Shown in pieces: positions 1 through 9,744 of a DNA stretch of 64,000 nt (position 1 is the stretch's first letter; every line of letters starts with the position of its first letter). Below the pieces are notes generated by a model, which saw only the letters and a program-made list of their open reading frames with translations, was not told the DNA's origin and searched no databases. This DNA is from Vermamoeba vermiformis. Its lineage: Eukaryota. The translations under genes and the position numbers were made by a program. The stretch covers positions 1 to 64,000 of the forward strand of contig JBEWZL010000003.1 in NCBI GenBank assembly GCA_045837725.1. Reading direction: 5' to 3'.

Positions 1-1283
1 ATATATGTACGTAGCTATGCCAAACCATATATTCTTATAAACCGTTCATTATTAGGCTCAAATAACGGCTGATCAGTGTCTAGCTGCATATCGCCAAAAC
101 CCGAAATGGAAAGGCGGTGAACCGCACCTTGAGTGGATTAAAACACTAAAGATCAAAGGGACATTCACGGAACAGCAATACAAGAACGCCGCCGGGCACG
201 TAAGTTTAAATTCTTGGAATCTAGATCGACTACTCATTATTCTATTGCTTCAGGTAGCAGCCACATGGAGGCGTTACCGTAATAGCAACAAGACAGTCAT
301 CATTCAAGCCGCTTACAGCGATATATGGGGTACTGATGAGTTTCCTGTTGCAATAACGGATCGAAATCTGGAGCCGTTTTTCAACTCCGAGTCTGGTGCT
401 GCTCAGCTCCAACGATGGATCCTAAAGAAGCTAATGAAGATTAGCGACAGTAATTTGAGCATAACGACACCGCCGGCTCTTTACGTAGCGTGGATCAGGC
501 AAAAATTCATCAAACTTCGCAGTGAGTCCAAAACGGTTATTAGCAATACTTTATTAATATATGATAGGGAGATTCAAGGACCAAAAGGAGATGTACGCTG
601 AATTGCGACCGAAGATGAAGGAGCTAGAAGGGCAACGCGCCGAACAAGAGCTGCTGCGGGATTTCAAGGGATCTTTGGAAAAAGAAGAAGAGGAGAGAGT
701 ACCGAACAACAACAATGGTAAGAAGAGTCCCAAGGCTGGCAAAAGAAAACGAGACTTGGTCAACAAGAAGATCCGAGATGAACTTGACGAAGAGGAAGAT
801 CTTACGCCCAAGAAGTCGACATCGCGAAAGAAGGCAAAGTCTACAAAGGCGAAAGAAGGCCAGTCTCCTGAAAAGCCACTGAAGACAAGCAAGAAAACAA
901 AGAAATCGACAAAGACGACAGAAGACGCGCCTCTCCTTGTTCAACTACTCGGATCCGACAAGTCAGATACTTCAACAACTGAGAAGCCCACCGACGAAGC
1001 AGCGCCTGTTAAGAAAACCATCAACAAGCCCAAAGCTGTGCCGCCTCAACAAGCGAAGCCCGTGGCAACGAAAAATCAGGACGACGACCACGACTTGGAC
1101 TTTACTTTTGCGTTCTCGATGCCTTCATCGCCAAAGGTCAACAAAAGAACCAAGAAACAAGCGGAAGAGAAGGAGAAGAGGGGTGTAGAAGAGAACGTGG
1201 AGCCTCAGGCGACGGCTCGAGCGACAAGATCCCAGAGTGCGCCCGTTACGAGCAACGATAAATCCAAAAAGAGTAAGTATTAA
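1..1283 (+). CDS. 5'-partial spliced gene of unknown function with a Lys/Glu-rich low-complexity C-terminus; possibly an accessory gene of a DNA transposon
   Basis: Exons ~57-199, 254-521 and 568-1283 join in frame through GT-AG introns (ORFs 245..601 and 561..1283). No recognisable domain. Confidence 0.55.
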
Positions 1284-1620
1284 TAATAGTGTACTTATTT
1301 TATTATTATTCTAACACTATTTTATCGAGGAACTGCTCGCGATGCCAGCTTGAGCGAATCTACTTCAAACGCGCAAAAGAAAAAACAGAAATCGGTAAGT
1401 CCCTTCATAAACCGTTATTTTATTTCATTTTATTAATTCTATTACTTTTACACTATAGACCTCTCCGTAGTTGCCATCGTGGATGCGAGTTCAGGACTTT
1501 GCGATTTTCTTCGTCGCGCAAAGTCCTGAACTCGTGGAGGCTCATTGAAACGAGAAGAATGGTAGAGAGAAGAGAACGTGTAAAAACACTTGTACAAAAA
1601 ACAGTAAAACTACTCTTACC

Positions 1621-1732
1621 GAAAACGGCGTTTTTTCTCTTTCGCGTTTTGTTCCGTTCAAAATCGGGGTCCGAGTGAAATTGTTTTAGGTCAAAAACGG
1701 TGTTTTTACCCCCTTTTACCTTTACTCTAGTG
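1621..1732. mobile_element. Possible right terminus of a CACTA/EnSpm-like DNA transposon
   Basis: Ends in ...TACTCTAGTG (reverse complement CACTAGAGTAAA). Two similar quasi-palindromic subterminal motifs AAAACGGYGTTTTT lie at ~1622 and ~1694. The other end would be outside the window. Confidence 0.3.
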
Positions 1733-1984
1733 CAGTCAGTCCTCTTCTTCATCGTTTTCTTCCTCATCTTCTTCGTCTCTTGCTCTCTGTCCTCTTCTGG
1801 CATCAATGGCAGCAGCTTGTGCATGATTCTGGTGCATAATAAAAATTAATAGAACGAACTTGCTACCACTACGCACACGCCTCGGGGGGTGAAAGCGCCA
1901 CGCGCCAGGGCTTTAATTGAGCAGGTACAACGCCGCTGAGGTCGCTAGTGCCAGAGACGAACATCTGGACCACCGTTAGCACTT

Positions 1985-2986
1985 CTAACGCGGAAAAAAC
2001 TGCACAAACTCGCGTGTGCCAACAACATACCGCTCCAGAAACTCGGAGTCGCAGAGCTTAGAGGCCACCGCTAGTGGCACCTCTGACTTCTGCTGCACAG
2101 AGAACGTGACATAACGCTGGTAAGCATCGGAGACCCAGTCTCCTTGCAGCTTCACCATCGTTTCGTCACAACCTGCAATGAAAGCGCAAGTAGCGCCTCC
2201 TTTGCGCAGAGAGTGGCCCGAGTACTTTGACGGGTCGAGGCCCACGAGAGCGCAGAAGTGCTTGATCAACTTGCTGAAGCGTGAGCGAAGCAGGGGCACC
2301 GTACGGCCTTTGGAGTCCACGTAGACGAAGATAGATGGAGAAGCGCCAGGCGGGGCGAGCTCCCACATGTCATGTAGTGCAGCTAACGGGCACATGGCGT
2401 GGCCCTTCACTGAACGAACCGGGATGAGTAGCGACCTTTCGAACTGTACTGTTTTCGTGCGCGACAGCGTGATGTGGTAGCCTTCTGGTGACACGTTGGT
2501 GATGCTCGTAACGGCCACGTGCTGCCCAGGAACGAAGGCCTTTGCCGAGGTCAACAGCAAGTTGCTGCCGCGGAGGAAAGTCCAGAAACCGATGCAGAGG
2601 GCTGCCCAGAACGTGCGATGCAACGAGGAGGCCCAATTCAGGCGGCCACGGATCGCCATCAGTTCAACTGGAGTTAGTGGGGCCTTCGACATAGGCCTGT
2701 ATTGTTGATAACGACGTACACCTGCCATAGTTGACGACACCAAATGTCTGTCCACTTGCGTAGTCACGGGGTCTGGGTGCCGTGCTGCCAAGTGAAACTG
2801 GCGTATATGAACCAAGTACGTGGTGATAGAACCAGCCTTGACGCCCGACGAGGCCAACCAGGCGGCGTACTCGCACAGGACGTCGGAGTTCGTGGGGCAG
2901 AACGAGAGCTTGTAGTAGATGCAGAAGCGAGCGAAGGCTCTGACTGCGTTGTCTCTGCCTGCAGAGGTCGACTCTGCCAGGCTCAT
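1985..2986 (-). CDS. Tyrosine recombinase (integrase) of the retrotransposon
   Basis: FWTFLRGSN (catalytic R), RTKT (K), GHSLRKGGAT (HxxR), QGDWVSDAYQRY (W and catalytic Y). Confidence 0.95.
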   Translation of the reverse strand: MSLAESTSAGRDNAVRAFARFCIYYKLSFCPTNSDVLCEYAAWLASSGVKAGSITTYLVHIRQFHLAARHPDPVTTQVDRHLVSSTMAGVRRYQQYRPMSKAPLTPVELMAIRGRLNWASSLHRTFWAALCIGFWTFLRGSNLLLTSAKAFVPGQHVAVTSITNVSPEGYHITLSRTKTVQFERSLLIPVRSVKGHAMCPLAALHDMWELAPPGASPSIFVYVDSKGRTVPLLRSRFSKLIKHFCALVGLDPSKYSGHSLRKGGATCAFIAGCDETMVKLQGDWVSDAYQRYVTFSVQQKSEVPLAVASKLCDSEFLERYVVGTREFVQFFPR

Positions 2987-4683
2987 AGCGCGAAACTCTG
3001 CGGCTCTAATGATGCAACGTTGATGACAGGTGCATGGACCATCATAAGGTTATTATCTAGTTCAAGCATTTCGGCAATGTGCCCGCGTGAGCCTGCATCC
3101 GCTAACCTGTTGGTGACACCGCTGATGTGTCTGGCGGTGATATGAAAGTTGTGGAGAGCTGACAACCAAAAGAGGTCGCGTAGCATCGCCATAATACGGC
3201 GAGAGGGCAACGAGCCCTTGTTGATTGCAGAGACTGTAGCCATGTTGTCTGATTCGACCAAGAGGTGCTTGTTTGCCCACTCGGAGCCCCATCGCTTAGC
3301 AGCCAGGTAGACCGATAGGCACTCTGTCTCGTTGATGTGCCAACCCGCGGTGAGCTGGCAGTGGGGCTGCACGAAGAACTGTTGATCAAAGACTGCACAG
3401 CAGCCCCAGTTGGAGGCATCGGTGACGAAGTGTTGCTCCCCAATAGGCGTAGGGTCGATCATGATAGCCTTGCCATTCCACTGCGACGAGAAACGCAGCC
3501 ACCAATCAATATCGGCTCTGAATTCATCAGTCAAGGTGACCACATCATCATGGTCCTCGTATTCGTTAATTAAATCAATCATACGCCGGAGGAAGGTCCT
3601 GCCACCCTTCACCACCTTCGCTGCGAAGTTGAGCTTGCCGATGAGGCGCTCAACCTCGCGCTTTGTCGCCGTAGTGCGGTCCATGAAGACTTGGAGCAGC
3701 TCGAGGATCTTATGGAGCTTTCCTTCTGGCAACGACAGCTGACGCTCTGCGATGTTGATACGAATGCCCAGAAAAACCAAGTCACGGCACGGTGGCACCA
3801 CCTTATTCTCAGCAATGGGCCAGCCCATGTCTGTCAAGCACGCTCTGAACTGCTCGTGGTCGAGAACCGCGTTGTCCATCGCTTCCTCGAGAGTGACTCC
3901 ACTCGAGAGGACCAGGAAGTCATCGATGTAGGGCTCAGAATGCTCTACGTCGTAGCTGTTCACGGCCGTGCGCGCAATGTAGTTCGAAATGCGCCAGAAC
4001 ACCCACGGGGCTAAAGCCAGGCCAAAGCACATACGGAGGTCCACGTAATAGTGGCCATCCCACCAGAAACCAAACAGGTGCCAGTGGTCTGGGTTAATCG
4101 GGACGTGCCTGAAAGCAGCCTTAATATCGAACTTACTCGCCACGACGTATTTGGGGCCACATTTGAAGATAAACTTGACGGCGTCGTCAACAGAAGAGAA
4201 GTGGAACTTGGTGGGGTGTTTCGTGAACTCGTTGAGGTTGCCCACCTTGGGACGACTGAGGTCAGTGATACGGCGCCACTTGCCATCGCCTTTCTCCACC
4301 GCACCCAACGCGTTGACCTTGTATGGGTGGCAGGGGACTCGCGCAATGTAGCCATTCTCTAGCTCGCTGCAAATGTCTTCGTCGATTGCATTCCAGCAAT
4401 TTTGCACGCTACTGTAGTTGGCCAAATGAGTAGACGGTACTGTGACACCTGGGCCAACCACTGAAAGACCCCCGCCCGGTGCGAAGAGCTCTCTCATAAA
4501 GGCGCCATCCTCGTCCTTGTAAGAGAGCCCTGACCAGACAGGGTACTTCAGGGTCACAGCACTGGGTCGGGGGGTTACTTTGCCACTAAGTGAGCCCCCC
4601 CACTGGCGTTTGGGGACGGCCCAAAGACGATCAGCGGCTCGCCGGGGTGGCCTTGCGCCATATGGTGATCGGGGCTGTTGCAC
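2983..4683 (-). CDS. Reverse transcriptase-RNase H (pol), no obvious methyltransferase domain
   Basis: KWRRITDLS, KFDIKAAFRHVP, MCFGLALAP, YIDDFL; RNase H motifs VTDAS, HINETE, SDN, NRLADAGSR. The ORF begins at GTG and overlaps gag. Confidence 0.95.
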   Translation of the reverse strand: MQQPRSPYGARPPRRAADRLWAVPKRQWGGSLSGKVTPRPSAVTLKYPVWSGLSYKDEDGAFMRELFAPGGGLSVVGPGVTVPSTHLANYSSVQNCWNAIDEDICSELENGYIARVPCHPYKVNALGAVEKGDGKWRRITDLSRPKVGNLNEFTKHPTKFHFSSVDDAVKFIFKCGPKYVVASKFDIKAAFRHVPINPDHWHLFGFWWDGHYYVDLRMCFGLALAPWVFWRISNYIARTAVNSYDVEHSEPYIDDFLVLSSGVTLEEAMDNAVLDHEQFRACLTDMGWPIAENKVVPPCRDLVFLGIRINIAERQLSLPEGKLHKILELLQVFMDRTTATKREVERLIGKLNFAAKVVKGGRTFLRRMIDLINEYEDHDDVVTLTDEFRADIDWWLRFSSQWNGKAIMIDPTPIGEQHFVTDASNWGCCAVFDQQFFVQPHCQLTAGWHINETECLSVYLAAKRWGSEWANKHLLVESDNMATVSAINKGSLPSRRIMAMLRDLFWLSALHNFHITARHISGVTNRLADAGSRGHIAEMLELDNNLMMVHAPVINVASLEPQSFAL

Positions 4684-6128
4684 TTCGCACAGACATGCTT
4701 GTACTTGCAGCCATCATGACGACGAGTGTGTGGGCAGTTACCGTCTGCGTTCCACTTGTTGCACGGGTTCTCCGACTTGGTGCGTGCCTTTCTCACGGTG
4801 GCTCCGGTCTCTGTCTTATAACTGTAAGAATCGGGGAGCCGTGGATGCAGCTTAAAGCGCTCCAGCGGACACCCAGTCGTTCTCCAATTGTACAAACCCA
4901 TTTCAACGCCAGCTCTGAACTCTTCGTCAAAGTCCATGATGCTAAGCCAGGTGTGGGCCTCAGACAAGCCATTGATGTACGACAGGTACTCGATGTAGTC
5001 AGCGATGTTGAAAGCCGGGTTCTCTGACTGCAGAAGTTTCATAATCTTGAAGGCAGCCCCGGTGTACTCCAGGTGGCTAGCTGGGATCTTGCCTTTGGAG
5101 GAGCCTTCCGTAAAGTAACGTGGGAGGTAGACAGTCCTGGGGTTTGTGGGGTCTGCGAGGGGCACAGCCACAGCCAGAGGAACAGCCTTTGGAGGAGCGT
5201 AGGTAAGGTGCGCTAGTGGGGCCGTGCAATAGCGTTGGGGCTGTGGTGACTGCGCAGAGGGCGTCACCGGTCCTGGCGAGGGGGCTTGCAAGCCAGCTGA
5301 CTGGGTGCCCACCGAAGGGGCGCCAACAGTATGTGGGGCCAAGGCCGAAACTGGAGGAGTTGTAAACTGGGGAGGCGACGTTGCAGGTATGACAGTTTGG
5401 GCCGCAGGTGTGCCCTCTGTCTGTGCCAAGCTCTGAGGAGGAGTTGAAGACTGTGCAGAGTTGGCCTCCTTGACCTTGTGCATCAACGAGTCTGCTGCTG
5501 ATGAGAGATCCTCGTTGGCAGCGAGGTCCTTCGGGGTGGGCTGAGACGTCGAGCCAGGGTCACCTTGCATGCCCGTGGGGCGCGGCTTAACCTTGTAGGG
5601 CGTAGTCGCGAGGAGCCCCAAAGCGTTGGTGAAGGACTCGTAGAACTGAGGGTCGTTCTGTCGAAGAGACTGGAGGCGCGACGGATCAAGCGTGACGTTA
5701 TCCAGTTTCTGATTGAGTTTTCGAACAGCACGTACCGGTTGGACTCCTGCGTCCATAAGGGGGGCCACAATCGTCTTCAGTTCAGTGAGAAAGCCACGCT
5801 CCCGGAAAGAGTTCGCCAGGGAAGATTCCCAATCTTGGATCTCCAAGAAAATAGCAACTTTCTCGGGATCAGAGGGCGCCGTTGAGCCTTGCAGAATCGA
5901 ATCATCGATGACCACTGAGGCTAAAGCTAGGATCAGAAGTTTTCGGATCTCGGCAGGGTGCTTATTAGCGGTGATTTCCCGCCACTTCGCGATCAGCGAA
6001 AAACTCGCCAGGTTCGCAGAGGAGGCGTGATTAGCATCGCCAATAATCGTTTCAAGCGACTCGAAGTCAGAAGCCGCTTTCTTTGCTTGTTTCTTCTCTT
6101 TTCTCGACGTCATGAATAGATTTGACAA
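4575..6128 (-). CDS. Gag-like ORF1 of the retrotransposon
   Basis: Lies upstream of pol. Pro-rich centre, the segment WLSIMDFDEEFR and a C-terminal Cys/His finger CNKWN...C...CKYKHVCAKCNSPDHH, as in YR-retroelement Gags. Confidence 0.85.
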   Translation of the reverse strand: MSNLFMTSRKEKKQAKKAASDFESLETIIGDANHASSANLASFSLIAKWREITANKHPAEIRKLLILALASVVIDDSILQGSTAPSDPEKVAIFLEIQDWESSLANSFRERGFLTELKTIVAPLMDAGVQPVRAVRKLNQKLDNVTLDPSRLQSLRQNDPQFYESFTNALGLLATTPYKVKPRPTGMQGDPGSTSQPTPKDLAANEDLSSAADSLMHKVKEANSAQSSTPPQSLAQTEGTPAAQTVIPATSPPQFTTPPVSALAPHTVGAPSVGTQSAGLQAPSPGPVTPSAQSPQPQRYCTAPLAHLTYAPPKAVPLAVAVPLADPTNPRTVYLPRYFTEGSSKGKIPASHLEYTGAAFKIMKLLQSENPAFNIADYIEYLSYINGLSEAHTWLSIMDFDEEFRAGVEMGLYNWRTTGCPLERFKLHPRLPDSYSYKTETGATVRKARTKSENPCNKWNADGNCPHTRRHDGCKYKHVCAKCNSPDHHMAQGHPGEPLIVFGPSPNASGGAHLVAK

Positions 6129-6379
6129 TTCGAAAATCCAATGACAAAATTAAACAGAACACAAATAAGACTAAGGCAGAAAAAATAAATACGTATTAAC
6201 AAGCTGTTGTGTTAGCTCGTTGTTTAGCGTTCTGACACTTTAACCATTTTTGGCAATTGCCCAAATCTCACGCCTCAATCGCGTGACCATCAACCAGGGC
6301 TTACTTTTGGCCAAAGCGCTCGGCTGTAGCTGCGCTCGCCAGTTCCGGTGGCTAATTGCATGGCAATGTGGCGCCATAA

Positions 6380-6960
6380 ATTTTCAATCTGGTTCTGCTC
6401 AACCTCACAATCTGCAAAGTGTTTCTCAGGGCTATTGACACTGCCTGGTTCACATCAAACCACATGGCTACTATAATTACCAATGGTTCATCCAGGTAAT
6501 GTCCAAGAGCACCAGCAGATCAATCAGAGCAAATCCTTTGGAGATGCCACATGACATACAGTGCAATCATTAAAGAAGCAGAAGAAGAGTAGGACTGTTT
6601 TGTCCAATGTACAGAATATTGTTAGCTCCAATAACTTTATTACATTTTTAGCAAATTTAAATTTGGATTGACAAAAGCAGGTATGAAAATTGCTCTGTTG
6701 GACAATGCTTCACCCCAGCTCTAACCCCCAAAAAAGCTGCTCCTTCTAGTTGGACTGAAAGGAGAGAAAATGAGATCAGGGCTAATCCACTTGGAGTTGG
6801 TTGGTTTAGGTGGAATGGAAGAATTCTGCAGGTGTTGTTCAATGGCCATTTCAATTCAATGTTTATAGCTAACAGAAATTAGGGCTCAATTATGTTCAGC
6901 AGGTCAGAGGAAGTGGTTGGCACTTTGCTTCAGCAGGTGACACATACAAGTTAGGTCAGT
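6380..6960 (-). pseudogene. CpG-erased degenerate sequence, probably an old TE or gene relic whose other half lies at 1733-1834
   Basis: No CG dinucleotide from 6375 to 7018. Joining the flanks across CATAA gives a frame whose four nearest stops are all TGA. Confidence 0.4.
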
Positions 6961-6976
6961 TCAAACAATCACATAT

Positions 6977-9665
6977 TTATTGCAAGTTAATCAACACAAC
7001 AAAATTTGAAGCCAAAGTCGTTTGTGATTCTATCACAAGAAAACTGGACACCCACTTAAAAGACACTGCCTCTCCATTGACAGTAACAGACACTATTTGC
7101 ATGCCAGCAAGCCCAGCAACTTTAACCTCAGAAAGAGTTAAATTTGCTTCATTGTAACCAGAGTTTAGCACATTTGATGCTATCTTCACTGACTGACCAT
7201 TGCTAACAGCTTCAAATGTCATGTAACTGTAGTTGCTACCAATAAATCTAACAATGCTTTCACCATCATCTAAATATAGCTCTCCCACTGCAGATCGATT
7301 GTCATCCAAAGATACTGTCAAACTAAAGGGATTCATTCTGGAAGCTACTGTAGTCAAACCAGGCTGCTGAGTAGGTAAAATATATCCTCCACGCAAGTGC
7401 ATATTGAGGTACTCCAGTGGGGCTTCCAATGTTTGAGTGCCAGGAGATAGCTCAGAGCCATCATAGTAGTTGTACCATCGAGCATGAGGAAAGTAACCAA
7501 CAACTGAAGTGGCATTCTCTTCATACACAGGAGTAATTAACAAACCACTGCCTATCAACATTTGGTGGTCAATTGTCCACGTAGTTGAATCGCTTGGGAA
7601 CTCAAACATTAAAGGACGAGCAACAGGATAGCCCTAGCTTAAGGTTGAGCAAATGATCGAGGTATTGCAAGTTCGACTTACCTTTTGACTTGCAGAGTAA
7701 AACAGTGTGTAGTAATAAGGCAATAACGAGTAGCGAATCATCATTGAGTTAATCATAATCTTTTCATATTCTGGACCGAATGCAAAGGGCTCTTGACCGT
7801 GAGGTGACGCGTTGTGGTTGCGACAGAACGGAAAGAATGCACCGAACTGCATCCAGCGCGTGCACAATTGGCTCGTTGCGTTACCCAAAAATCCGCAGAT
7901 ATCGGGACCAACCATTGGAATGCCAAAGAACGAGAACGACAAAACTCCAGGAATACTCGCGCTCAAGTCGTGCCACGTGCTAAAGTTATCTCCAAGCCAA
8001 TGAGCAGCGTAGCGGCCTGAGCCAGGGAATGTAGAACGAGAGAGCACAAAACTGCGCTGTCCACGAACAGCTTCCATTGCCAACTGTGATGCACGAGCTT
8101 GGAAATAGCCGAACATATTGTGCAGGTAGTAAAGACGACCGTAATTCATCACCGCGCTCATATTGAATGTGCCTTCGTTGACGTTAGCGACAGTTGAAGG
8201 TATCCATGGTGGATTGTGCAGGCTGTATTGTTGCGCAGAGCCCACCTCGAGCTTGGAGTTTTGTGGGGGAGTGCCGCATTGACCGGTGCACGTGATGGTT
8301 GGTTCGTTCATGTCGATCCAGAGACCGTCAATGGGGACCTTCTCGTGCATTACTTTGACATTGTTCGCCCACCAGTACGTTGTATTAAGATTAGTGAAGT
8401 CCGGGAAGTAGCTGACGTAATCGGCCCACAGAGTCGCGGGCAGGTAAGCAGTGCGTTCAGGATTCCAAATGAAAACGTTGTTCTGCATACCAGTAGTGTA
8501 CGGGAAGTAGTTGTTGTCGATTTTAATGTTGTGATCGACAATTACTACGTAGCGGGCGCCATCGTTGTGTAGCTCGTCAACAAACGCGCGGATCTGTTTT
8601 TCAGGGAAGCGTTCCGGATCGAAAACCCAACTTTGAGCACCGTACATGTAGTCCAAGTCATTCCACCTGCAATTGAATATTAGTGAGGTTCATATGAATA
8701 AAAACTACATACATAGTCTCAACTGGGAATCCCGTTTCTTTCAATCGAGTGTAAATTTCACGTGTTCTGTTAACTGTCTGCCAATCACCATCACTCCAGC
8801 TAATGCGCGATTGATGATAACCGAGGGACCAATACGGAGGAAGAAATGGTTTGCTAATCAGGTCCGTGTACTGCTCAACGACATTTAACGGTGTTGAGCC
8901 CATGAAGAAGTAGAAATCGAACAAACCGCCCATAGTCTGGTACTTAATAGAGCCCGGGTTGATCGTCACATCCATTCCATTCGCGTTCAACAAGAAGACG
9001 CCGTGCATTCGACCTTCTCGCATTTCGTAGTAGACAGCGTGAGAGCCGTACAAGCCATAGTATTCTTGAGTGCCTGCGTCTCTGTTCCACATCGTGTATG
9101 TTTTTGAGATCGGCAAACGAAGCGGATAAACGCGTTCACCAAGACCGTAAATGTACGGATCTTCAGGCAAAACAGAATGTAGTTCCAAATACTGATCTTC
9201 AAATATGAGACCGTTGAATGAATTTTGAGTCAACGAGGGCGTTGTATTGAACAGAACGGCCCCATCGCTTATGCGTTGTACCGCGAATCCAAAAGGGTAC
9301 GTTGTGTAAGAGAACCTGTAATTCGGATTTTGAACGGGCTTATTTTGACCCACAATGACGTCTGGTACTTCCCATCTAATTATAAGTGATATTAGAATAT
9401 ACGATATTTTTTTTTGAATTTTTTACCGATCAGATCGTCCAATCTTAACGCGAAGTCTCTCATCCGTTTGGTATTCCACTAATAAATCCAAAGTGTCCAA
9501 ATCTTCTCCATAAGGGCCCTTACTTCCGTCTATACGCTGCAAGGTACCCGTTAGACCGTTGTCGATCCCTTGTATGCTAGTGAGTTGGTAACCAGGAACG
9601 AAGTCTTGGGCCCAACAAGCACCTAGCAAAAATATCAGAAAGAGGAGCGAAGTTGCGTGCTTCAT
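6977..9665 (-). CDS. Secreted/lysosomal alpha-glucosidase, glycoside hydrolase family 31
   Basis: Signal peptide MKHATSLLFLIFLLGACWA; DGLWIDMNEP nucleophile motif, HWLGDN, GPDICGF, RWMQFGAFFPFCRNHN; 4 or more exons. Confidence 0.95.
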
Positions 9666-9744
9666 AACGACAATACAAGACAAAAGGGTTTTTATGTACA
9701 TCAAAAAAATTGTTGGATGCGGAGATACACTTACGCATTTCCGT

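Larger units (their letters stand above)
1835..6379 (-). mobile_element. Tyrosine-recombinase retrotransposon (Ngaro/DIRS order) with three intact ORFs
   Basis: gag, RT/RNase H and YR ORFs in canonical order. CATAA occurs at both proposed junctions (1835-1839 and 6375-6379). CpG content drops abruptly after 6374. Confidence 0.9.

Noticed and set aside
325-400. Hammerhead-like core CTGATGAG...CGAAA...GTC
   Set aside because: Stem I barely pairs, stems II and III are mismatched, and it lies inside a coding exon; probably chance.
6380-6600. Relic identified as a Tc1/mariner transposase
   Set aside because: Only a vague C-terminal resemblance across different frames; no DDE motif is visible.
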